DNA of 64,000 nucleotides, from contig NIVC01000543.1 in the NCBI GenBank assembly GCA_002269645.1, positions 62,001-126,000 of the forward strand. Direction: 5' to 3'. Below are positions 35,431 through 46,859 of the stretch, piece after piece (position 1 is the stretch's first letter; each line of letters opens with the position of its first letter). The position numbers were made by a program, and so were the translations under genes. Source of the DNA: Macrostomum lignano. Its lineage: Eukaryota. The notes under the pieces are model-generated. The model was not told the origin of the DNA. It was given only the letters and a program-made list of their open reading frames with translations, and searched no databases.

Positions 35431-36049
35431 ACATGTTTTCATGCTCGAATGCAGCCCTACATAATTATTGAGGAAATAAAAAGACAAGTCTAAGACTTCT
35501 GCTAAACAAATCCAACTAGGGCTGCAGCTAAGAAATAGCATTTCTATTATCGCTAAATTTGGATAAGATTTCGTATTTATTGAAAAATTACTAAGCCAAA
35601 CGAGATACATTCCAGACAGCATCCCAGTTAGTTGCAGAAGCTGTCCGCAGTGTCCGCAGTAGCAGGATGATGGGGGAGAGGTCGCAGAGGTCTGAAATAC
35701 TTCAATGCTTTTGTCACCTGATCCCGCTGAAGGCTCGGCAGGACAAGAGAGTGACTCGTACTAACAATAGTTTAGTACTGAGAATGAAGTTGCAAAAGGC
35801 ATTCTTGCTTCTCATAAGCAATTAATTCACAGATGAGGCGCTTAGGAGGCTGCTCTGCGATGGTGGTTCAGTTAGGTTTTAAGAATAACAGTCAGAGGGT
35901 ACAGAGCGACATTGTGAGGAGTTTTTTGGCTTCTACAAATTTGAAACAAGGACCACAAATACCGTAAAGATTTGCGCTGCTCAGCTTAGCTAACTGTCTG
36001 TCAATGCAACTGTCTGCTTGGCAGCTTAATAATAAGTGATTCACTATCC

Positions 36050-36440
36050 CTCTGCGTGATTCACTCACTACTTTACTGCAGTTCACTCACATATGAGTGT
36101 GATTCACTACTTTACTGCAATTCACTCACCACAAAGTGTGATTCACTACTTTACTGCAATTCACTCACCACAAAGTGTGATTCACTACTTTACTGCAATT
36201 CACTCACCACAAAGTGTGATTCACTACTTTACTGCAATTCATTCACTACAAAGTATGATTCACTACTTTACTGCAATTTATTCACCACAAAGTGTGATTC
36301 ACTACTTTACTGCAATTCACTCACCACAAAGTGTGATTCACTACTTTACTGCAATTCACTCACCACAAAGTGTGATTCACTACTTTACTGCAATTCACTC
36401 ACAACAAAGTGTGATTCACTACTTTACTGCAATTCACTTA
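36050..36440. repeat. 39-bp tandem repeat, about 10 copies, downstream of the IDH3A stop
   Basis: Unit GTGATTCACTACTTTACTGCAATTCACTCACCACAAAGT. Confidence 0.96.
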
Positions 36441-36690
36441 CCACTGATTTTGATTTACCCTATGCTTCAATTAAGCCCCGCACAGCGACAGCCCCAATAG
36501 GAGTTTATATCGCAGCAAAAAAAGCAAAACAGTCTTCCCACAAAATCCCACATAAAAGCAAAAGTAGAGCAAATATACAAAGACTCTATCGCTATGTGAG
36601 GTGTCGAACGCATGAATTCGAGCCCACGGTCCCACAGCTGCCCAGCCACAGTCGATGCCGCTCCCCTGAAACACTCAAATCGCCGGTGCC

Positions 36691-38074
36691 TCAGGCCACC
36701 CTGGAGCAGATGGTGTCGGTGAACTGGGAGCAGGTGGCGCCGCCGCCCAGATCCTTGGTGCGGGCGCGCCCGTCGCCAATGCTGTCCAGACAGGCCTTCT
36801 CGATGCGGTCGGCGAACTCGCCCAGCTGCATGTGGCGGAGCATCATGACGCCTGACAGCAGCAGGGCAGTGGGGTTGGCCAGGTCCTTGCCCGCGATGTC
36901 GGGCGCGGTGCCGTGGACAGACTCGAAGATGGCGCCGCTTTCCCCGATGTTGCCGCTGGGGGTGACGCCGAGGCCGCCCACCAGGCCGGCGCACAGGTCG
37001 CTGAGGATGTCGCCGTACAGATTGGGCATCACCAGAACGTCGAACTGGGTCGGGTCCTGCGGGGTTCCGGTTCAATGTTGAAGGCATTGGGTTCACTGGC
37101 GGCAGAACCAGGTGTAGGACCCTCGGCATACTCGTGCATAAGCAATAGAACCTATACCTATTAAGCAACAGCAGGAATACCCATGAAGAAAACCCATGAC
37201 CTCACCTGCACCATGTTGAGGCACACGGTGTCCAGGTAGGCCTCGGCAAACTCAACCCCGGGATGCTTGTGCGCCTCCTCGCGGCAGCACTTCAGAAACA
37301 GGCCGTCGCTGAGCCGCATGATGTTGGCCTTGTGCACCGCCGTCACCTTGCGGCGGCCTTCGCGGAGCGCGAACTCAAAGGCGAACTTGGCCACGCGGCG
37401 CGAGGCTGTCTCCGTTATGAGCTTGATGCTCTGCACCACGCCGTCAACGATGATGTGCTCGATGCCGGAGTACTCGCCCTCGGTGTTCTCCCTGATGGTC
37501 ACCAGGTCGACGTTCTTGTAGGGGGTGGGGTAGCCCTCCAGCGAGCGGCAGGGCCGCACGTTGGCGTACAGGTTGAACTCCTTGCGCAGCGCCAGGTTGA
37601 GGGAGCGGTGGCCCTTGCCCACAGGCGTGGCCAGGGGACCCTTCAGCCCGATGCCGTGCTTGTTCACCGAGTCGATGGCCTTCTGCGGGATCCGGAACTG
37701 TCCGTCCGGGCCCTTCACCGGCGTTACATCGACCTCGTCCCAGGCGATTGGCACCTGCGGGGAGGAGGGCGGCATCTCCGATTCGTGTGCTCCAACGATG
37801 CGAATTAAAGATAACTTCAGGCAAACACAGGCACAGGGTGCACAAGAAAAACGACAAAGAAAATATTTCTATTGCCCTTTCCTTATCTGCTTCTCACCTT
37901 GGCGGCAGCGAAAATCTTCTTAACAGAGTTGGAGATCTCGGGCCCGATTCCGTCACCCGGAATCAGCGTGACGGTGCGAGTGCCACCAGCAGCGGCAGCT
38001 GACAGACCCCGACTGGCCTGCAGCAGCTGGCTGGGCCGCTTCATCAACTGGAGTAACAGCTGGTGGCTGGGCAT
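36691..38074 (-). CDS. IDH3A: NAD-dependent isocitrate dehydrogenase 3, alpha (catalytic) subunit, 3 exons, 363 aa
   Basis: Exons 38074-37898, 37754-37206 and 37056-36691 total 1092 nt. It has a mitochondrial presequence and the motifs [64 protein letters not shown] and [21 protein letters not shown]. Confidence 0.96.
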
Positions 38075-38239
38075 TTTGTAGCTGGGCTGGCAGAGCTGCA
38101 ATAGATGCGGGTGAGACAAAGCAGTTGGCCCTATAATGCACAAAATTCCCGCTGGCCACTTTATGGAGCCAGTCGCCACGGAGAGCCCACCACACTTCAG
38201 GAAACCCGCCTCCTTAAGAGATCCTACCTTTACAGAGAG

Positions 38240-39200
38240 CTTGTCTCCTCAGAGAGCCCGCCTCCTTCAGAGCCCGCCTCCTTCAGAGCCCGCCTCTTTC
38301 AGAGCCCGCCTCCTTCAGAGCCCGCCTCCTTCACAGAGCCCACCTTCTTCAGAGAGCCCGCCTTCTTCAGAGCCCGCCTCCTTCAGAGAGCCCGCCTCCT
38401 TCAGAGAGCCCGCCTCCTTCAGAGAGCCCGCCTCCTTCAGAGAGTCCAACTTCTTCAGAGAGCCCGCCTTCTTCAGAGCCCGCCTCCTTCAGAGAGCCCG
38501 CCTCCTTCAGAGAGCCCGCCTCCTTCAGAGAGCCCGCCTCCTTCAGAGAGCCCGCCTCCTTCAGAGAGCCCGCCTCCTTCAGAGAGCCCGCCTCCTTCAG
38601 AGAGTCCAACTTCTTCAGAGAGCCCGCCTTCTTCAGAGCCCGCCTCCTTCAGAGAGCCCGCCTCCTTCAGAGAGCCCGCCTCCTTCAGAGAGCCCGCCTC
38701 CTTCAGAGAGCCCGCCTCCTTCAGAGAGCCCGCCTCCTTCAGAGAGTCCAACTTCTTCAGAGAGCCCGCCTTCTTCAGAGCCCGCCTCCTTCAGAGAGCC
38801 CGCCTCCTTCAGAGAGCCCGCCTCCTTCAGAGAGCCCGCCTCCTTCAGAGAGCCCGCCTCCTTCAGAGAGCCCGCCTCCTTCAGAGAGCCCGCCTCCTTC
38901 AGAGAGCCCGCCTCCTTCAGAGAGCCCGCCTCCTTCAGAGAGCCCGCCTCCTTCAGAGAGCCCGCCTCCTTCAGAGAGTCCAACTTCTTCAGAGAGCCCG
39001 CCTTCTTCAGAGCCCGCCTCCTTCAGAGAGCCCGCCTCCTTCAGAGAGCCCGCCTCCTTCAGAGAGCCCGCCTCCTTCAGAGAGCCCGCCTCCTTCAGAG
39101 AGTCCAACTTCTTCAGAGAGCCCGCCTCCTTCACAGAGCCCACCTTCTTCAGAGAGCCCGCCTTCTTCAGAGCCCGCCTCCTTCAGAGAGCCCGCCTCCT
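38240..39200. repeat. 18-bp minisatellite with higher-order structure, about 53 units
   Basis: Unit CAGAGAGCCCGCCTCCTT. Marker variant GAGTCCAACTTCTT at 38442, 38602, 38744, 38976 and 39100. Confidence 0.96.
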
Positions 39201-39817
39201 TCGCTTCCATCCGAGAAACCTTGCTTCTCTATAAAGATACCATTTCCCTCCACAAACGGCCCGCTTCCCTCTACATTGCTCACTTGCCTTACAGCAATGC
39301 ATTCTTAGCCTAGCCCTAAGAATCAAAACGTCATAAAAAACAAAAAAGATGCAGGAAATATTGCAATTAGCTAAAAACTGCTCATTAATTATTACACCCT
39401 TGCTCTGATAAGGCGAACCAACTTGGTTGCATAAAAAATCACCCATAAAAATCGGCAAAAATTTCAATAATAAGGCAGCAATTTTATACAGTTAAAAAGG
39501 CCTCTCTGTACAATAAATAAGAAAACAGAAATGATAAAACGAACGCAATAATTACACGTATCATTAATATTACTAAACTATAGGCTGGAAATGAGCCAGC
39601 TTCCAGAACGGAAGAGTCAGCAAGAGGAATGCAAAATTCAATTCAAGGCTTCGCAAATCACAAACTAAGGCTTGCGAACTGACAAAATTGTGCGACAAAA
39701 AAGGAATATAAAGTAAAGCCAAAAATCAATCACGCGATCATTAGAATATAAAACTGGATGGACGGATTCGGTGTACTAATCTGCAACTGCAGACTGCACA
39801 GCTGAATATTGAAGGCA

Positions 39818-42800
39818 TCAATGCCTCTGCGACTGTTTCAGCAGGTTCTGCCTGGCCCGCATGAAGGCCATGATTTCCGCGTCCGTCTCCTTGTCGCCTG
39901 AAATTGGCGGGTGAGGCGCTGTTAAGCAGACTTGGCCGCGGTTAGTACGAGGCTAAATAGGCTGGCGTCACCCATCCCTAACTTTAGGATGCCGGATGGT
40001 CAGCAGCTCGAAGTTCAACAGAGCATTTCTTTCCGAGAGTTGTCATGGCATCGCTGATCACAGAACAGCCACAAAAGCACTGACCAGTGACCAGCTCTCA
40101 TGGCATCGCTGATCACAGAACAGCCACAAAAGCACTGACCAGTGACCAACACAGATCTGTTTGCTGATTTGCATTAGTTAAACTGTATGGCCAACCGCCA
40201 CAGGTGGATGTACACACATCCATTAATTTTCCCCATTCATATAGCTGGCCAATTTAGCGCTTATGCAATGTACAGCCCAAGTCACTGTTTAGGTAAAATG
40301 CTCCCTTTTCGACTATCAAGGCTCAGCATACTTCGGTGCCCCAAAGCCTCACCAGTCAGCTGAATTCCCGCAGCTGCATCGCCAGTAGATCCTGTCCGCT
40401 GCTTGCCCGGCCGGCTGCCCGCGCCACTTGGCGGGCGGCTGCCGCTGCTTGCCGCAACCGCCCGGCCACCAGCGCTGCCTGGAGGTGTCGGCCAAGCGGC
40501 AGTGGTGGCTGCGGCGGCTGCGGCGTTAGCGCTACTCTGCTCGGCCCACCAGGCTTCAAAGTCCTTGACCAGGCGCACCTTGAGCATCTCCAGCTGGTGC
40601 TGCTGGTGCTCGATCTCCGCCTTCAAGGATTTGAGCCGCTGGAAGCTGTCCCGATACTCCGCCTTGCTCTGCTCCATGTCCGCCCGCAGCGCTGCCTCCT
40701 CGCTGCTGTCGGATTCGCTGCCGAGCGCCCGCCGCAGCCGCGCCCGCTCGAGGCCGGCCTTGAGCCGCTCGATGGCCTGGCGGGACTCGTTGACGCTGGC
40801 GCCCAGCTGCTTGGCCAGGCCATAGTTGTCCCGCAGCCGCTGCTTGTGCCGCTCGATCTCCGGATTGCCGGCGTAGTCGCGCTTGAACAGCTCGAACGCC
40901 TCCTGCCGGCCCAGCGACAGCTGCCCGCCCAGGATTCGAGCCTTGGCCGACTGCTCCAGCTGCTGGCTCAGCCGGTCGGACTCGCCGCCTGTGGACTCAG
41001 TCGGCTGATGCAGTGCCGGCGGCTGCTGCCGCTGAGGCTGGGCTGCGACCGAAGGCAAGGAGGCTGAGTGGGACATCGATGCCGCAGTATCGGACGGCTT
41101 GGAGAAGGTGCGGTTGAACTTCTTGGGCGACTGGTCCAGCTGCAGATTGGCAGCCTGTAGAGGCGAATGAAGGATTCGGATTTAGCCAGATTTTTAAATA
41201 ATAGAGGAATATCTAAAAAGGGACATAATAAACATTATTGTCTCACATTGGCCCCCGGAGACTCGGCCATCTGCTGCAGCATGACGGAGGCCTCGGCGGC
41301 CCGCCGCTTCTCCTGCTTTAGCATGCCGACAAGGATGACGATTTCGTTGTCCCGCTGGCTGATGGTCTCGCGCAGTTCGCGCACCTCCTTGGTGGCCAGC
41401 GGCTCCGGCGCGATGGTGACGATCTGCTGCGGGGGCGCCGGTTCGGCGGGGGTCGCAGCCGCCTTGGCCGCATCCCGGATGAGGCGGAAGCACTGGCCCA
41501 GCTTGCGGCCGTCGAATCCAACGCTGGCCAGCGGGCTGGCATTGGTGTCGGCCAGGAAGGCGTCGACGGCGGCGCGGCACAGATGGAGCTCCTCCTCGGT
41601 CAGTTCGTCGTCCCGCTGCTCGCCAGTGAGCGCGGCGATCTCCGCCTTCAGCTGGGCCACCTCGGAGCGCAGGCGGGAGATCAGCAGGCTGGGGTCCAGC
41701 TCCTCGTTGAGCACCGCATCGTTCTTGATGATTGCAACTCGCTGAGCAAAGCGGCAGGTTGAGATGGTCTCGCCCAGGTTGGCCGACTCCACTGAGAGAG
41801 TGGCGATCATGGTTGTCATGCAGTTGCCACCCAGACTGTCCCTCAACACCGAGGTCATCATGGAGTTGCGGTAGGGCACGTGGCTTCGGGACCGCTCGGA
41901 CAGGGCGACGATGACCTGCAGGATTGGCAGGAAAATTTTTTTCCTGATGTTGGTAAACAGCAGGAATACAAAGGATTTTCCGCCAGATTCTACAGCAAGC
42001 TGGAGTGAGAGTCGGAAATATCTACTTCAACCCTCAGCTCAACCAGGCCTTACTGAAATAGCAAGCACTCGATTCTTAGAACCTTGTCGGAAACTTCAAT
42101 GCGGTAAAAAGATTGTTGAAATATTGTTTTTAAATCATCAGGCTTACCTGCTCCAGGTAGTGCAGGGACAAATTGATGTACTTGGCCTCGGTGAGCAGGA
42201 GCCCATTGACGCCAGTTTTGCTGACCCGCTCGCTTCCGGCCAGGTCAACCAGGTGCAGTTTGGCGCGGCGCACTGTGGCGGAGCCGACCTCCTTTACAGT
42301 GAGGTGGGCGGTGAAGATGCAGTGGGAGCGGGTGGATGCCTGGTTCATGGGCGTCTCTGCAATCATGCGGTTCGTGTCGCCTACAAACAGCAGGTTGAGG
42401 GCGTCCTCCTCGCTGGCGGCCGGGTGCACCGACAGGTTCTTGAGGTGGATCTGCTGGCCGGCATCCTCAAACAGCGTGACCTTGGGCAGGTCTTCCAAGC
42501 GGGCGGCCTCGTGCTTCGGGTCCAGCAAGTCGTAGCCGTTCTCATTGTAAATCTCCAGGTAGGAGACGCCCAGGCTGAACTCGAACTCGGGACGCTGCTC
42601 GAAGTAGGCGAATATGTAGGACAGAGTTCTCGGGATGATGCCCCGGTCAGCGTAGCGCTCGGCCCCGCCAGTCACGGTGAAGGTCTTGCCGCTGCCGGTC
42701 TGTCCGTAGGCAAAAATGGTGCCATTGTAGCCGCTCAGCACGTTGTTGATGACGGGCCGGGCCACGTGCTCGAACACGTCCTCCTGCCGGCAGTCGGTGG

Positions 42801-42993
42801 CAAACACCCGCTCGAAGCGGAACTTGAACTGTTCCTTCTTGTTGTTCACCGAGCCGTCTGTGAGCTCGCGCGGGCACACGAAGCTGATGCGGGGCTTGCC
42901 CTCGGCGTCAGAGTCGACATCGTAGTTGCTGACCCGGGCCTTGGAGGAGGGCGGCTTCAGCCGGCAGAAGATTTGGATTGTCTGCTTCACCAT
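39818..42993 (-). CDS. KIF6: Kinesin-like protein KIF6 (kinesin-9), 4 exons, 798 aa
   Basis: Exons 42993-42148, 41915-41247, 41154-40353 and 39897-39818 total 2397 nt. It starts MVKQTIQIF and has P-loop GQTGSGKT, GGAERYADRGIIPR, switch motifs STRSH and DLAGSER, a coiled coil, and a C-terminal LTGDKETDAEIMAFMRARQ, all matching KIF6 as I know it. Confidence 0.95.
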
Positions 42994-43128
42994 CAGCTGC
43001 TGCTGCTGGTTGGTCGCGCTGCAGTGGTTGTTGGGGATTGAGATAAGCCTGGAGGCACTGTGTAGTGACGCCATGGCACCGGGGGTTAGGGGACACTCGA
43101 GGGTAAGCAGGAAAGGATAGGTCACAGA

Positions 43129-43445
43129 ATGGGATGGAAGGACACTGGATGGGATGGGAGGACACTAGATGGGATCGAATGACACTGGATGGGATCGAAT
43201 GACACTGGATGGGATGGGAGGACACTGGATGGGATGGGAGGACACTGGATGGGATGGGAGGACACTGGATGGGATGGGAGGACACTGGATGGGATGGGAG
43301 GACACTGGATGGGATCGAATGACACTGGATGGGATCGAATGACACTGGATGGGATGGGAGGACACTGGTGGGATGGGAGGACACTGGATGGGATCGAATG
43401 ACACTGGTGGGATGGAAGGTCCCGGATGAGATGGGAGACACTGCA
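43129..43445. repeat. 20-bp minisatellite, about 15 copies, between TMEM168 and KIF6
   Basis: GACACTGGATGGGATGGGAG and the variant GACACTGGATGGGATCGAAT. Confidence 0.95.
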
Positions 43446-43764
43446 TGATAGGATGGGGTGGGAGACACTGAACTGATGGCTGCTTCAACTTATCGGTCAG
43501 AAATAGGGGCTAAAAGGAAGCAAAAAAACAGCTAACTAATTATGATATCAAACAAATATCAAACAAAATTTGATATCAAACAATAATCCATACAAAAAAG
43601 CTAAATGTATTTACTTGATGCACAACAAAAAACTGTATAGTGCAAAATTCACAGCGCAGTGCAGCTAAAGTGTAGACTAGTTTCTGAATCTAAAAAGTGA
43701 TGCGATAAAAGAGCGCAATAAAAGCATTTAAGTAAAGTGACTAGCAAAGCCATCTCATGTGAGG

Positions 43765-45949
43765 CTAAATGGTCAGCAGTGAGAAACCCAGGCCGGTGTC
43801 CAGCAGTGGAGGCGGGCAGAGCTGCATGCGGCAGCGGCGGCAGGCGGCAAAGCCCGACCACAGCAGGCGGCGCAGGCGGCTCGGCAGGTCGCAGAGGCGG
43901 CAAGGCGGAGCCGGCGGAGCGAAGGCGGACCAACCAGGAGACACGGCGTACACCAGGCCGACCTTCGGCCGCGCGCCCTCTGGCGAAGCTGGCGGCATCG
44001 GCGGCAGCTCGGCCAGGCGGCTGGTGAAAACCGGTGTGAACCGGTCCAGCAGGCCCGTGTGCGTCTGTAGCGCCACGCTGACCGACTGCGGCAGCGCCTG
44101 AACTGCCGGCAGCCACCGCCTGCCGTGCTCAGCGTCCGACACCACCAGCAGGCGACTGCTGCGGCTGGCCGGCGACTGAAAGCATGGGTGAGGCGGCTGA
44201 GTGAAGCACCTGATTCCCCAACTTCCCCACAGACCAGCACCTGATTCCCCATCTTCCCCACAGATCAGCACCTGATTCCCCATCTTCCCCACAGACCAGC
44301 ACCTGATTCCCCATCTTCCCCACAGACCAGCACCTGATTCCCCATCTTCCCCACAGACCAGCACCTGATTCCCCATCTTCCCCACAGATCAGCACCTGAT
44401 TCCCCATGATCCATCACAAAGGGCCAACCTCATTCCACAGCCGCAACAAGCTGTCCAGGTCAAAGCCAGGCTCCCCAGGTGAGGTCAGCCAGTCGCCGCG
44501 CAGGCCGGAAGGTCCGCAATAATACACAATATAGGTGTGAAAGAGGCGGCCATTTGAGCCGGTCTGGTCGAACAGATCCCGCAGGCGATGCTTCAGCAGG
44601 TCGGCTGGCAGAGCGGCGGGCAAGTCGCAGGCGTGACAGGAGATGCCGCGGCAGGCGAGAAAGCGGCGGACCCGCTGCAGCAGAGCAGGCGGGCTGTCGC
44701 AGGGCGGCTGCCAGGGGGCCGGCAGGACCAATGCGTAGGCCAGGCAGGCGGAGGCGGCCGATTCGGCGGAGTCAGCGAGCTGGCAGCAGGTGGACAGCGC
44801 CGTAGCGTCCAAGCTGATGACGAGAGCAAAAACGCCAGCGGTCAGCGGATCGCCCGCGGGCATTCGGAGGCCGCCGTCAGCGCCGCAGCCAAAGGCAGTC
44901 AGGAGACAGTCAGCAGCTAGACAGGCGCTCAGCAGCCAGACGCCCAGCTGTGCCAGCGGGTAAGCTTCAGAGCGACCATCGTCACTGTCAATCGGACGGC
45001 GCAGACGGCGGCTCAGTTGCCATAGCAACGCCAGCCTGATGCAGCGCAGGCAGAGCCACGCAGCGGCAGCCAAGGGAAATGACGCACGCGCTCCGCTATG
45101 CCGAAGGCTGCAGGACACGCACAGGAAGGCATCTGTGGCAGCGAGGCAGGCGAAGGCCAGAAGGCGGACGCGCGGTGCTCGGGCCAGGGGACTGCGGAAC
45201 AGGCGGAGCGCAGGACCAGGGCTGGTCGGCAGGCAGTAGAGGCAGCAGCGGCAGCAGCAGCGCAGGAGGGGCGGCCCGAGGATCCGCGCAGCAGCCAACG
45301 CCAAAGGTGCCGCACGAAGCTGCGGCGGGTCGCTGTTGCGAACGGCAGACCAGATAGCAGCCAGAGCGGCGGCAGTGAAGGGCGGGCCCAGGCAGCTGTG
45401 CATGCGCAAGAGGAGGCAGGAGGCAGACAGAGCGGGCACGGCCAGCCACAGCCAGACCGAGTGTCCGGGAGGCCACAGCAGGCAGGCAGCAGAGCAGAGG
45501 CCGGCCAGCTCGCAAACGACGCCCCAGACCTCCCAGGCGACGCTGCGAGCAGCATCGGCAGCGCCGAGCAGCGGATAGATGAGGCGGCTGACCATGAGGC
45601 GGATGACTAAGAACATGGCCGAGAGCAGGTGCAGCCAGTCCGCCACCAGGTCGATGCGGCTGGCGCCGGGGGGCGCTGGCAGAGCGCCGGAAGCCGCTAC
45701 GGCCCCTGCCAGGTGGCCGAGCCAGAGGCGCAGCAGGAGGCGACCGCCAATGGAGAAGCGACGAGCCAAAGCCAGAGTTGTTACAGCAACCAGGCTGAGA
45801 GGCAGCAAGGCAGTGTAGATGTGCATGCTGCGGCTGTGCAGAGCCAGGGCGCTGCCAGTGAGCATGAAGCCGAGAGACATGCAGTGCGCCACCACGGAGA
45901 GTGGCAGGTTGCGGGGCAGGCTGTGCGCCAGCTGCTGCAGAGCTGGCAT
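43765..45949 (-). CDS. TMEM168: TMEM168-like multipass membrane protein, 2 exons, 643 aa
   Basis: Exons 45949-44429 and 44175-43765 total 1932 nt. Many hydrophobic segments are followed by HTYIVYYCG...GDW...DSLLRLW, RLLVVSDAE and a terminal LLDTGLGFSLL, which parallel TMEM168 (DTYILYYSG, RLIIVLDSE, VLDTGQGFKLV). The homolog is divergent. Confidence 0.8.
44207..44408. repeat. 31-bp tandem repeat, about 6.5 copies, filling the TMEM168 intron
   Basis: CACCTGATTCCCCATCTTCCCCACAGA[C/T]CAG. Confidence 0.95.
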
Positions 45950-46261
45950 GTCGTCTGGAATAAAGAGATTACTAGTGGAATAAAGTACTCAGTTGGACGG
46001 CTTACTCACGTGGGTTCAAATCAAGATCACTGAATACACTCAGTATTATACTCAGTATTATAGTCAAAAAGTAATGATAATTTTTTTGTAACACCTAAAA
46101 TATAGAGGTATTGAATTGCAACTGGTTTTATTTGAAAAAACATCTTTTGTTCTTTATTTGACAGAGTTTTGGTTCTTCTAAAGTGATTGATGTCTGCATA
46201 GTAATGCTTTAATCACAGTATACCCTTTCAACAAAGGAAAATTAAAAAAGCCTGCACTAAG

Positions 46262-46468
46262 GTGATGTTTCTTGAAAAACTTAGTTGGAAGCCAGCCAAA
46301 ATGATTGATGCTTTGAAGAAGGTCTATGGGGACACTGCTCCACTAGATCCAACCATTTACCGCTGGGTTCAGGCTTTCAAGGAAGGCCGAGAGTCTGTGG
46401 AAGATGCCCAATGGTCTGGAAGGCCCACAACATTGCGCATAGAGGAAAATGTGGCAGCTGTGCAGTAG
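46262..46468 (+). pseudogene. Mariner transposase N-terminal (HTH) fragment
   Basis: KVYGDTAP...TIYRWVQAFKEGRESVEDAQWSGRPTT matches the mariner HTH and ED..RSGRP region. It is truncated at 46468. Confidence 0.75.
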
Positions 46469-46859
46469 CCATGAAGCCATGAAGCTCTGCGAGATTTCTG
46501 CTGGGAAATCCTCTAGCATCCTCCATATAGCCCTGATTTGGCTCCTTAAGACTTGGGTATGCAGGTTTGGTTTGCCAGTCCATAGGCCGTGGTACTGCTC
46601 AACATACCCTCTAATGCCTAAGGTGTTTGTCCGTGCCAATGGACTAGAAGGCCAGGGAGTAGTCCAGTCGCAAGCAGTCCCCCTCCTGGTGTCGGGCCAG
46701 CCTTGAGGGTTTTGGCCTACTGCCCAGTCAGGTGGAGCGGCAGGGTGGGTACCGCGCCCTTTTGAGGGTAGCCTACCAACCTTTATCATGGCCTTTGAGC
46801 TAACTATGGATAACCAAGCTAATTCTAGGGACAGGGACCCTTCTAAACCCCAACCTAAG

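Noticed and set aside
42994-43125. N-terminal extension of KIF6 from upstream ATG 43074
   Set aside because: Homology starts exactly at MVKQTIQIF and several acceptors lie between the two ATGs. It is not excluded but is unsupported.
40336-46033. Antisense and alternate-frame ORFs over KIF6, TMEM168, AGO, IDH3A and pol exons
   Set aside because: These are expected shadows of GC-rich coding sequence with few stop codons.
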